The translations under genes were made by a program, and so were the position numbers. Below, one piece after another: positions 1 to 10,481 of a stretch of DNA of 64,000 nt; positions within the stretch are counted from its first letter, which is position 1, and every line of letters begins with the position of its first letter. Location: NCBI RefSeq assembly GCF_002113885.1, contig NW_018408062.1:336073-400072 (forward strand). Direction: 5' to 3'. Below the pieces are notes generated by a model. It did no database searches and was not told where the DNA came from. It saw only the letters and a program-made list of their open reading frames with translations. Source of the stretch: Mizuhopecten yessoensis (taxonomy: Eukaryota).

Positions 1-124
1 TACACCTGAGACACAGAGATACACAGCCGTCCCTGGACCCTGTCCTGCGCCGCTCCCTGTCACTGCCGATACTCGACATTTAACGTTACATTCCCCTTTA
101 GATATTCATTCATTATATCAATAT

Positions 125-3100
125 TTATACATGTGTGCGCGTGCGAATTTATGTATGCGTACATGTATGAGTATGCGTACATGTGAGTATTCGTACATGT
201 GTGAGTAAACGTACATGTGTGAGTATTCGTACATGTGTGAGTATGCGTACATTTGTGTGTATGCGTACATGTGTGTGTATTCGTACATGTGTGAGTAAAC
301 GTACATGTGTGTGTATTCGTACATGTGTGAGTATCCGTACATGTGTGAGTAAACGTACATGTGTGAGTAAACGTACATGTGTGTGTATTCGTACATGTGA
401 GAGTATCCGTACATGTGTGAGTAAACGTACATGTGTGAGTATGCGTACATGTGTGTGTTTTGTGCGTACATGTGTGAGTATTCGTACATGTGTGAGTATG
501 CGTACATTTGTGTGTATGCGTACATGTGTGTGTATTCGTCCATGTGTGAGTAAACGTACATGTGTGTGTATTCGTACATGTGTGTGTATTCGTACATGTG
601 TGAGTATGCGTACATGTGTGTGTATTCGTACAAGTGTGAGTAAACGTACATGTGTGAGTATGCGTACATGAGTGAGTGTGCGTACATGTGTGAGTATTCG
701 TACATGTGTGAGTAAACGTTTATGTGTGAGTATTCGTACATGTGTGAGTATTCGTACATGTGTGAGTGAACGTGCGTACAAGTGTGAGTAAACGTACGTG
801 TGTGTGTATTCGTACAAACTGGAGAAAACGTACTTGTGTGGGTATGCGTACATGAGTGAGTATGCGTACATGTGTGTGTCTGCGTACATGTGTGTATTCG
901 TACATGTGGTAGTAAACGTACATTTGTGTGTATTCGTACATGTGTGAGTAAACGCACATGTGTGTGTATTCGTAGTATGCGTACATGAGTGAGTGTGAGT
1001 ACATGTGTGTGTATTCGTTCATGTGTGAGTATGCGTACGTGTGTATGTATGCGTACATGTTTGTATTCGTACATGTGTGAGTATTCGTACATGTGTGAGT
1101 ATGCGTACATGTGTATGTATGCGTACATGTGTGTATTCGTACATGTGTGAGTAAACGTACATGTGTGTGTATTCGTACATGTGTGAGTATGCGTACATGC
1201 GTGAGTAAACGTACATGTGTGAGTATGCGTACATGAGTGAGTGTGCGTACATGTGTGAGTATTCGTACATGTGTGAGTAAACGTATATGTGTGAGTATTC
1301 GTACAAGTGTGATTAAACATACATGTGTGAGTATTCGTACATGTGTGAGTATTCGTACATGTGTGAGTAAACGTACATGTGTGAGTATGCGTACATGTGT
1401 GAGTATTCGTACATGTGTGAGTAAACGTACATGTGTGTGTATTCGTACATGTGTGAGTATGCGAATATGTGTGAGTATTCGTACATGTGTGAGTAAACGT
1501 ATATGTGTGAGTATTCGTACAAGTGTGAGTAAACATACATGTGTGAGTATTCGTACATGTGTGAGTATTCGTACATGTGTAAGTATGCGTACATGTGTGA
1601 GTATGCGTACATGTATGTGAGTATTCGTACATGTGTGAGTAAACGTACATGTGTGAGTATTCGTACATGTGTGAGAATGCGTACATGTGTGAGTAGTCGT
1701 ACATGTGTGAGTATGCGTACATGTGTGTGTATTTGTACATGTGTGAGCATTCGTACATGTGTGAGTATGCGTACATTTGTGTGTATGCGTACATGTGTGT
1801 GTATTCGTACATGTGTGAGCATTCGTACATGTGTGAGTACGCGTACATGTGTGAGTATGCGTACATGTGTGTGTATTCGTATTCGTACATGTGTGAGTAA
1901 ACGTATATGTGTGAGTATTCGTACATGTGTGAGTAAACGTACATATGTGAGTATTCGTACATGTGTGAGTATGCGTACACGTGTGAGTATGCGTACATGT
2001 GTGAGTATTCGGACATGTGTGAGTATTCGTACATGTGTGAGTAAACGTACATGTGTGTGTATTCGTACATGTGTGAGTATGCGTACATGTGTGAGTATGC
2101 GAATATGTGTGAGTAAACGTACATGTGTGAGTATGCGTACATGTGTGAGTTTTCGTACATGTGTTAGTGTGCGTACATGTGTGTGTATTCGTAAAAGTGT
2201 GAGTAAACGTATATGTGTGAGTATTCGTTCATGTGTGAGTTTTCGTACATGTGTTAGTGTGCGTACATGTGTGTGTATTCGTACATGCGTGAGTAAACGT
2301 ACATGTGTGTGTATTCGTACATGTGTGAGTATGCGTACATGTGTGTGTATTCGTACAAGTGTGAGTAAACGTATATGTGTGAGTATTCGTACATGTGTGA
2401 GTTTTCGTACATGTGTGAGTAAACGTACATGAGTGTGTATTCGTACATGTGTGAGTATTCGTACATGTTTGAGTATGCGTACATGTGTGAGTATTCGTAA
2501 ATGTGTGAGTATGCGTACATGTGTGAGTATGCGTACATGTGTGAGTATTCGTACATGTGTGAGTATGCGTACATGTGTGTGTATTCGTACATGTGTGAGT
2601 ATGCGTACATGTGGGAGTATTCGTACATGTGTGTGTATTCGTACATGTGTGAGTAACCTTACATGTGTGTGTATTCGTACATGTGTGAGTATGCGTACAT
2701 GTGTGAGTATTCGTACATGTGTGTGTATTCTTACATGTGTGAGTATGCGTACATGTGTGGGTATTCGTACATGTGTGAGTATGCGTACATGTGTGAGTAT
2801 TCGTACATGTGTGAGTAAACGTACATGTGTGTGTATTCGTACATGTGTGTGTATTCTTACATGTGTGAGTATGCGTACATGTGTGAGTATTCGTACATGT
2901 GTGAGTAAACGTACATGAGTGAATAAACGTACATGTGTGAGTAAACATACATGTGTGAGTATGCGTACATGTGTGAGTAAGCGTACATGTGTGAGTAAAC
3001 GTACATGAGTGAATAAACGTACATGAGTGAATAAACGTACATGTGTGAGTAAACGTACATGAGTGAATAAACGTACATGTGTGAGTAAACGTACATGTGT

Positions 3101-3196
3101 GAGTAAACGTTCATGAGTGAATAAACGCACATGAGTGAATAAACGTACATGTGTGAGTAAACGTACATGTGTGAGTATGCGTACATGTGTGTGTTT
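125..3196. repeat. 18-bp tandem satellite, consensus GTACATGTGTGAGTA(TTC/TGC/AAC), ~170 copies
   Basis: Continuous 18-nt periodicity with three dominant unit variants. The 6-aa periodic ORFs (HMYEYS, THVRIL, RTCVSI) are translations of the unit. Confidence 0.98.
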
Positions 3197-3299
3197 TTGA
3201 TTTCATTATTATTATTTTATTTTTCCATTGTCGCAACTCTAGTCTATCACGACTCTATCGACACAGATGAAACGGATATACATTTGTACCAGGAGAAAT

Positions 3300-3750
3300 G
3301 GAAGGAAAAGGAGTACGCACCATAGCACTGGATATTACGAACTTTTGTAAAGTTAATAGTTTGGAATAGTGGATGATTATAACAAGTACATTTGTATAGG
3401 TTGTGTCGGGATGGACTGTTCACACGATCCCATGATCCACTGAATGTATCTGGGCGGAAGTACAGTGCTATAATATAATTATCATGGTAGTTCTTTTTTA
3501 CACACCGTCTAACTCTCTTAATGATTTTTCTCGTAAATTAGAGTGGTCTCTTGAATCTGTTTGTGATCGTAGTTCTGAAATAGTTCTTCTTTGTGTTTTT
3601 AATGTTGGCCTCAAACGTCCTTATTCAAATTTTGAGATTTTAATTCTTAATTATGATCTTTGTGTTATTATTTTTGAGCCTACTTGTGATACCCGAACCC
3701 CAGCCACGCTACTGGACCATGTTTTCATTTCTGATAACATAACCTGTTTC
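3300..3750 (+). pseudogene. Degraded older LINE remnant: AP-endonuclease fragment, preceded by a possible SGNH-esterase ORF1 C-terminal remnant
   Basis: 3484..3750 translates to VVLFYTPSN...IVLLCVFNV...IFEPTCDTRTPATLLDHVFIS, a decayed form of the LINE EN motifs YRPP, GDFN and EPTR..S.TLLDHVF. 3330..3460 gives, across frameshifts, FCKVNSLE.VDDYNK...RDGLFTR..IH.NVSGRK, resembling the SGNH block V motif DxxHLNxxG. Confidence 0.6.
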
Positions 3751-4172
3751 GATAGTGATAAAAGATGGCGACGGACCTGGAGGAATGCCGATAGGTACGT
3801 TCGAGAACTTTGGTGTTTCATCGAGTTCAGAGAATTTATTTATTTCTGAGATTTCGCAAGCTGATAAATTAGCCATCCCGCCATGTATCCATGCTGTTTA
3901 TTTTACACCAAATGCTTTATTTATTGCCAATATTCGATGTGCCTATACTGAAGCTATTGTTTACAATATGAACTTTGAACTTTTCTATCGACATTATCAC
4001 TATTTACCTGAGCTGGACAATGCACTATGCGCGGTATTTCGTCACGCTCCACCGAGCCGAAAGCAGTTTACGCACGGGGGTGAAACCGTACTGTTGTGAA
4101 TTTGTTCCCGTGTGTGTTTCGATCGTTAATTTATAAAAGAATAAAACTGTACTCTCTGATTGATTTGCCGGT

Positions 4173-5327
4173 ATGGGTAAAAAATCCAGGAAACGTAAGA
4201 AGGTAGCTGAGAATGAAAGCACTGACACTTCCGACGTCAGTATTCAATCCTCGGGTTTTCTAAGTTCGATCCTCCATGCAGCGAATGGTGTGCTTTACAG
4301 CAGCCCAACAAAGTCAGTCAACGCAAAACCTCCATCGGCCTCTACTCCGACAGCACCAAAACCTCCGGTTAACAATGATGCTGCTGAAATAAAGACAAAA
4401 TTAGATTTTATCCTAAAAAAGCTGGAGATGTTGGATAGTATAGAGAGTAAGTTGAACAATCTTTCTTCTAAGGTCGCGGGGATAGAGAAAAGAGTTGTTG
4501 ACGTAGAAAAGAAAACTGAGGAATTTGAACAGTCGGTACATTTTGTGGCCAATAAGCTTGATGAGATTGAAAAATCCAGCGTAGGAGGACAACAGGTGTG
4601 TAGCAAGATAGAGAAACAGGAACGAATGATTGCTGATCTGAGTGATAAGGTGGAAAAGGTAGTTGAAGAACGGGGCTCCCTTCGTGACACTGTGTTAGAT
4701 TTACAATGCAGATCTATGAAAAATAACTTGGTTTTCACTGGCCTTGCTGGAGAATCTAGGAGTGAGGATACCGAGTCTCTCATCAGAGATTTCATTTTCC
4801 ATGAGCTCCGTATTGAACAGAGGATCGAGTTCGGCAACGTTCATAGGTTTGGTCGTCATGTTCATGGTAAAAATAGGCCTATAGTTGCAAGATTCTTGTA
4901 CCAACAAGATCTTCAGTTGGTGAAAAATAGTTCCTATCGTCTGAGGGGTTCTGGCTTTGGAGTCTATGAGCAATTTCCGGCCGCTATAGAGGACCGTCGT
5001 AAGAGGCTCTACCCTGTCATGAAGCACCACAAACAGCTCGGTGACCATACCAAGATGGTCAGGGATAAGTTGTTCATTAACGGCCAGTTGTACACGGGAT
5101 CCGATGACATGTCGTTCACAGAGCCTAAAAGAACACTTAGTGCACCACACAGAGAATTGAACCCACACAGTGAACATCAGCGACCGCACAACAACGATGA
5201 AACATTCCGCGGTCCACCAAGAAACATCCATCGTGTACCTCCTGGACCAAGTCAGCCCTGGAGAGCACATTCTGTTCCCCAACGATCCAACCCTACGAAT
5301 GGTAATTCCCAGATGTATGGGAGATAG
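4173..5327 (+). CDS. LINE ORF1 protein (coiled coil + RRM/CTD, L1 ORF1p/Transposase_22-like), 384 aa
   Basis: ATG start; basic N-terminus MGKKSRKRKK; heptad-rich coiled coil; DLQCRSMKNNLVFTGL, NVHRFG, RPIVARF, EQFP, RDKLFING motifs typical of this ORF1 type; Pro/Gln-rich tail. Confidence 0.9.
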   Translation: MGKKSRKRKKVAENESTDTSDVSIQSSGFLSSILHAANGVLYSSPTKSVNAKPPSASTPTAPKPPVNNDAAEIKTKLDFILKKLEMLDSIESKLNNLSSKVAGIEKRVVDVEKKTEEFEQSVHFVANKLDEIEKSSVGGQQVCSKIEKQERMIADLSDKVEKVVEERGSLRDTVLDLQCRSMKNNLVFTGLAGESRSEDTESLIRDFIFHELRIEQRIEFGNVHRFGRHVHGKNRPIVARFLYQQDLQLVKNSSYRLRGSGFGVYEQFPAAIEDRRKRLYPVMKHHKQLGDHTKMVRDKLFINGQLYTGSDDMSFTEPKRTLSAPHRELNPHSEHQRPHNNDETFRGPPRNIHRVPPGPSQPWRAHSVPQRSNPTNGNSQMYGR

Positions 5328-8300
5328 GACAGACAGGAGAGTGGTATCTCAGTGTGTTCCTGGAATGTGTGCAGGGGTCTAATAGGTAAACTTGAGGATC
5401 CGGAATTCCGGAATTTGTTAGTATCGTATGATATTGTATGCGTATCGGAATGTTGGATAAAAGAATTTGATGTTTTACAGCTTTCGGGTTACAGTCATTT
5501 TGCATTCCCAAGATCAGTATGTAGAGGAGGTGGTATAGTAATTTTTTACAAACCAGAACTGGCCGATCAAATTGAAGTGGTTGAAAATATCTACGACAGT
5601 ATTGTCTGGCTTAAGATTAATAATACAGGTACCTGTAACTCCGGAGAACACACATTTATTGCATTTTGTTATATCCCTCCTGAGGGAAGTGTTTTTTATG
5701 ATCACTGTAATGAAGATTTATTCCAAATTTTAGAAGATTCCGTTGGTAGATATAAAAGCATGGGTGATGTATATGTTATCGGTGATATGAATGCACGCAC
5801 TGGAAGCAGGCATGATTATATAGAATTAGATACATTACATGATAGTTTAGTACATAATTTAGAAAATGTGGTTAATTATAATGTTGAAACTGTCAGCACT
5901 GAGCGTAAGAATATGGATAAGGGGGTAAACACTTTTGGCCGTAAGCTTATTGACTTGTGCAAGTCATCAGGTCTGCGTATAGTTAATGGGCGGCACCCAG
6001 ATGACGATACTGGTACATATACATTTTTTAATAATAATGGTAAAAGTACGATTGATTACTTGTTGGTTGTAAATGCGACAATAGACAATATACTTAAGTT
6101 TGATTCTGGTAAATTTAACATGTTTTCTGATCACTGTCCAGTTGCGTTTCATATATGTATTGGCAAATTTTTAGATACTCAAATTGTAAATGAGTTGGCT
6201 GATTACAATGCCATGTACAGTAGAGGAACCTGTACGTCTGTGAAATGGAAAGGCGAGAATACTATGCTAATTTTAGATAAATTAAGTGAGAACTGTGAGT
6301 TAATTGATGAACAATTGAATGTTGATTTAAATAACCAAGATGCAGTTGATGAATGTGTGAATAATATAAGTAGAATATTAAATGATTGTACATTACCTTT
6401 TTGTGAGTGTAGAGATACCCCTCTGAGAAACTCCCGCGATCACCGCACTAAAACTGTTGTTATTGAAGATAAACCGTGGATAACTCCTCGGTGCAAAGAT
6501 CTATATACTGAATACAGAAATTCGTTGATTAATTTTAACCGGGATAAATCAAATCAAAATTACAATATATTAATAACCGCCAAACGTAATTACAAAAGGT
6601 TGGTGTTTAAACTTAAAAGAGATTATAAACGATATGAAGGCGACATGCTGGTCCTTTTGAAAAGAAATGATCCAAGAAAATTTTATAGTATCTTTAATAA
6701 TCGGAAGTCGAACAGAGCTATGAATACACTCACAATAGATGACTTCTATAGACACTTTAAATATCTGGCGCAAAAGGAGAATGATGGCGCTGACCAACAT
6801 GTTCCTAATGTTAATATAGAGTCAGTTTATGAAGATCTTGATTCTAATATCACAACAAAAGAAATTGTTAAAGCCATTGAAAACCTGAAATCAAACAAAA
6901 GTTGTAGTGAAGACTTAATCATAAACGAAATTTTTATTCAAGGAAAGCATATTCTGGTGCCATATTTGGAACGGTTGTTTAATGCTATTTTTAGATCTGG
7001 GTTTTTCCCTGAATCTTGGTCACAAGCATGTATTGTTCCTGTTTTTAAGAAAGGCTGTATTAACGACACTAATAATTATCGTGGTATATCACTTGTAAGC
7101 TGTTTTGGTAAATTATTTACATCAATCTTGAATAATAGAATTATGACATGGGAAAAAGAAAATTGTATAATAACAGATGCTCAGTTTGGTTTTAGAAAAG
7201 GCAGTTCAACCATTGACGCCATATTTGTTTTACAAACATTAATTAACAAGAAATTGCGTAAAAAAGAGAGACTTTACTGTTGCTTTATAGATTTAAAAAA
7301 AGCATTTGATTTTGTTAATAGAGGAAAACTGTGGAGTAAATTAATACACCAAGGTATTCGTGGAAAATTTTTAAAAATATTATTATCTTTGTATGATAAT
7401 GTCAAATCCTGTGTAAAATTTGAGGGTCAATTAAGTCATTGTTTCCCTAATTATACCGGTCTCTTACAAGGGGAAATATTGTCACCTGTGTTGTTTTCTT
7501 TGTATGTGAATGATTTTGAAATTAATTTTATTAATGATAATTGTCCAAGTATTGATTTACAGATGCTTAACCTTTTCCTGCTAATGTATGCTGATGATAT
7601 GGTTTTTTTCGCTGATAGTCCAGCTGCATTGCAAAACATGTTAGATTCTTTACACAGTTACTCTAGAAAATGGGATCTGGAAGTCAACATTGATAAAACA
7701 AAAGTCATGGTTTTTAGAAACGGGGGAAACATAAGAAATAATGAAGTGTGGAAATATAATAATGAGAACATAGAAATTGTTGACTGTTTCAAATATTTGG
7801 GAATGTTTTTTAATTATAATGGTAAATTTTATAAAACCCAAAAGCATTTAGCGGACCAAGGAAGAAAGGCTTTATTTTCATTATCATCCTCTTTAAAGAA
7901 CCATTGTTTGAATTTGGAAACCCAATGCTCTGTCTTTGATATTTATGTCAGCAGCATCTTAAGCTATGGTGCAGAAATATGGGGGTTTCACAAAGCTCCT
8001 GATATAGAGAGAGTTCATTTGAATTTCTGCAAAAAAGTCCTTAGAGTATGTAAATCTACATTCAATGATTTAGTTTATTGTGAATTGGGTAGACTACCAT
8101 TAATTGTTACAAGAAAGCTAAAAGTATTCAAATATTGGTTGAAGTTGACGAAATCTGATAATTTGATATTAAAAACTTGTTATGATGAATGTGTCAACGT
8201 GAATGATCCGTGGATTTGTAACATTAAGAATGAATTAACTGCCCTAGGTCTTGGTTATATTTTTGAATCGAATCTACCATTGGTAAACACTTTTGAAATT

Positions 8301-8744
8301 ATTGAACACAGATTGAAAGATGTTACTAAGCAAAATATGTTGGCAAAGATAGCAGCTTCATCAAAAGGTAGACTATATCAATATCTTATAGACAGTCATA
8401 GTATTCAGTTTTATCTCCGTAAACATATTGAAACAAAATACAAATATATGTTAACTAAATTTAGAACGTCGTCTCATCAACTGAATATCGAAAAGGGTAG
8501 ACACAATAATATCATTCGCAGAAATAGAAACTGTAGCAAATGTGATTTGGGAGACGTCGAGGACGAATTTCATTTCATTTTTGTATGTCCTTTTTATAAT
8601 GATTTGAGGTTAAAGTATATAAAGAAGTATTATTATAAGAGTCCCTCTGTTTACAAACTTGTCCAACTTTTATCTGTAAATAATGTCAAAGAGTTGTCAA
8701 ATCTAGGTAAATATTTATATCTAGCCACTAAGCGGCGAAATTGA
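5328..8744 (+). CDS. LINE ORF2 polyprotein: AP endonuclease + reverse transcriptase + C-terminal CCHC zinc finger
   Basis: EN motifs SWNV, VSECW, GGGIVIF, GDMNAR, STIDY, SDHCP. RT motifs NYRGISL, QFGFR, FIDLKKAFD, QGEILSP, MYADD, FKYLG. C-terminal CSKC..EDEFHFIFVC. The frame is open from 5328 (the ORF track starts at GTG 5352); no internal stops. Confidence 0.97.
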   Translation, partial: DRQESGISVCSWNVCRGLIGKLEDPEFRNLLVSYDIVCVSECWIKEFDVLQLSGYSHFAFPRSVCRGGGIVIFYKPELADQIEVVENIYDSIVWLKINNTGTCNSGEHTFIAFCYIPPEGSVFYDHCNEDLFQILEDSVGRYKSMGDVYVIGDMNARTGSRHDYIELDTLHDSLVHNLENVVNYNVETVSTERKNMDKGVNTFGRKLIDLCKSSGLRIVNGRHPDDDTGTYTFFNNNGKSTIDYLLVVNATIDNILKFDSGKFNMFSDHCPVAFHICIGKFLDTQIVNELADYNAMYSRGTCTSVKWKGENTMLILDKLSENCELIDEQLNVDLNNQDAVDECVNNISRILNDCTLPFCECRDTPLRNSRDHRTKTVVIEDKPWITPRCKDLYTEYRNSLINFNRDKSNQNYNILITAKRNYKRLVFKLKRDYKRYEGDMLVLLKRNDPRKFYSIFNNRKSNRAMNTLTIDDFYRHFKYLAQKENDGADQHVPNVNIESVYEDLDSNITTKEIVKAIENLKSNKSCSEDLIINEIFIQGKHILVPYLERLFNAIFRSGFFPESWSQACIVPVFKKGCINDTNNYRGISLVSCFGKLFTSILNNRIMTWEKENCIITDAQFGFRKGSSTIDAIFVLQTLINKKLRKKERLYCCFIDLKKAFDFVNRGKLWSKLIHQGIRGKFLKILLSLYDNVKSCVKFEGQLSHCFPNYTGLLQGEILSPVLFSLYVNDFEINFINDNCPSIDLQMLNLFLLMYADDMVFFADSPAALQNMLDSLHSYSRKWDLEVNIDKTKVMVFRNGGNIRNNEVWKYNNENIEIVDCFKYLGMFFNYNGKFYKTQKHLADQGRKALFSLSSSLKNHCLNLETQCSVFDIYVSSILSYGAEIWGFHKAPDIERVHLNFCKKVLRVCKSTFNDLVYCELGRLPLIVTRKLKVFKYWLKLTKSDNLILKTCYDECVNVNDPWICNIKNELTALGLGYIFESNLPLVNTFEIIEHRLKDVTKQNMLAKIAASSKGRLYQYLIDSHSIQFYLRKHIETKYKYMLTKFRTSSHQLNIEKGRHNNIIRRNRNCSKCDLGDVEDEFHFIFVCPFYNDLRLKYIKKYYYKSPSVYKLVQLLSVNNVKELSNLGKYLYLATKRRN

Positions 8745-9784
8745 TTAATTAGCTACACGTATTTATAATTTTTGTGCTTTTGTATTATGTTCTTTGTTTA
8801 GTTTGCACTTGTATGCTTATAGTCACTCTCCTATAACATATATACATGTACAATGTATCATGATTGCTTTGTACCTATAAGTCTTAAGACTTTTGGTGAA
8901 TAAAGAACTTGAACTTGAACTTGGTGTGTTTGAGTAAGATGCCGCGATTAGCGATCATAAAGCTACTTACATTTCTATGAAATACTCGTACAATCGCAAG
9001 TGTGCCAAAAGAGGCCTGTATAGAATTATGGAAATACAGATTTTGTTACTCCTTATAACCTTCTTTACGATATTAATTGGCAAACAACTCTCTAGCTGAG
9101 ACACAGAGCTGCACAAATACAGACAAACGTACATTGCTGTTGTCTAATCGTGCAGGGAAATGGTCACCTTGTCATATTTCCTATCCTACCTCGGACTGCT
9201 ATCACGTGGGTGGCAAACCATTGTATTGTGGAACATGGGATTGAAGAACTACGCCTTACTTAGAAGGTGGGGAAGTTTTATTGTGAAGAGAATCATCTGA
9301 CTGGGTCTCTTAACTTCTGTTATTGTTTCGAATTTTCTGGGCCACCCACTTGTTTGAGTGTTGTCTGGTCTCCTCTGTTGTCTCTTAAGAAGCTCTTTAC
9401 GTAGCAAACGTTCCTTTCAAATCTAGAAGAACAAATCTATTTTTTCTACCTTTTTATAAGATTCATAACATATAAGTTCCAGGTCATCTTTATTATTTGC
9501 TTCCCTTTAAAGAAAATATCCTCATCACTGTCTTCGTAAACCAGTTAACTATCAAATGGCAAGATGTATATTAGATGTGTTCAATAGTCATTTATCCACT
9601 CTCCAATAAGCTTATGGAAAGGACTTGGGAATTATGTACAAATTATTTTATACACATTTGCTTAAGAAAGTATTATCTATGCCAGGCGTTTTACTAGCAT
9701 ATTTAAATGCCGGAAACCGACCGATATATTTCAGTCCTTTTAGCAAGAACATAACTGTAGTGATCTTAAAGGTGACATTTTTCG

Positions 9785-10481
9785 CGTTGGTATTTGTCAC
9801 TGTGGTGATGGTAATTAAGATACGTATCTTAAAATGTACGAATAGTAGAATGAGTAAATATCCTTGTGACCGTTGGAATTTGTCACTGTGGTGATGGTAA
9901 TTAAGATACGTATCTTAAAATGTACGAATAGTAGAATGAGTAAATATCCTTGTGACCGTTGGTATTTGTCACTGTGGTGATGGGAAGTAAGATACGGATC
10001 TTAAAATGTACGAATAGTAGAATGAGTAAATATCCTTGTGACCGTTGGTATTTGTCACTGTGGTGATGGGAATTAAGATACGTATCTTCAAATGTACGAA
10101 TAGTAGGATGAGTAAATACCCTTGTGACCGTTGGTATTTGTCACTGTGGTGCTGGTAATTAAGATACGTATCTTCAAATGTACGAATAGTAGGATGAGTA
10201 AATACCCTTGTGACCGTTGGTATTTGTCACTGTGGTGATGGGAATTAAGATACGTATCTTCAAATGTACGAATAGGAGAATGATTAAATACCCTTGTGAC
10301 CGTTGGTATTTGTCACTGTGGTGCTGGTAATTAAGATACGTATCTTCAAATGTACGAATAGTAGAATGATTAAATACCCTTGTGACCGTTGGTATTTGTC
10401 ACTGTGGTGATGGTAAGTAAGATACGTATCTTAAAATGTACGAATAGTAGAATGAGTAAATATCCTTGTGACCGTTGGTAT
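9785..10481. repeat. 86-bp tandem repeat, ~8 copies
   Basis: Unit GGTATTTGTCACTGTGGTGATGGTAATTAAGATACGTATCTTAAAATGTACGAATAGTAGAATGAGTAAATATCCTTGTGACCGTT; its TTGG junction recurs at 9787, 9873, 9959 and onward. Confidence 0.97.

Larger units (their letters stand above)
4040..8923 (+). mobile_element. Full-length, apparently intact non-LTR retrotransposon (LINE), most likely RTE-X/RTEX clade; 5' boundary approximate
   Basis: Two uninterrupted ORFs, a ~150-nt 3' UTR, then AATAAA (8899-8904) immediately followed by a (GAACTT)3 tail (8905-8922). The RT motif GLLQGEILSPVLF and the C-terminal zinc finger fit RTE-X better than CR1/L2. Confidence 0.93.

Noticed and set aside
118-3186. 680-aa, 605-aa and other long ORFs
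   Set aside because: Translations of an 18-bp satellite: open in several frames at once, switching peptide type at indels, with no unique domain.
4295-5282. Antisense ORFs (180 aa, 193 aa) over LINE ORF1, and 20451..20954 opposite exon 5
   Set aside because: Shadow ORFs of genuine coding sequence with no independent motifs.
8924-8940. Target-site duplication for the LINE (GTGTGTTTGA vs GTGTGTTTTTGA at ~3189 or GTGTGTTTCGA at ~4112)
   Set aside because: Imperfect low-complexity matches at positions inconsistent with the expected 5' end.
9785-10481. CRISPR-like appearance (regular repeats with a palindrome); also considered for the 79-bp and 31-bp arrays
   Set aside because: Whole units are repeated with no unique spacers, there are no cas genes, and the context is eukaryotic.
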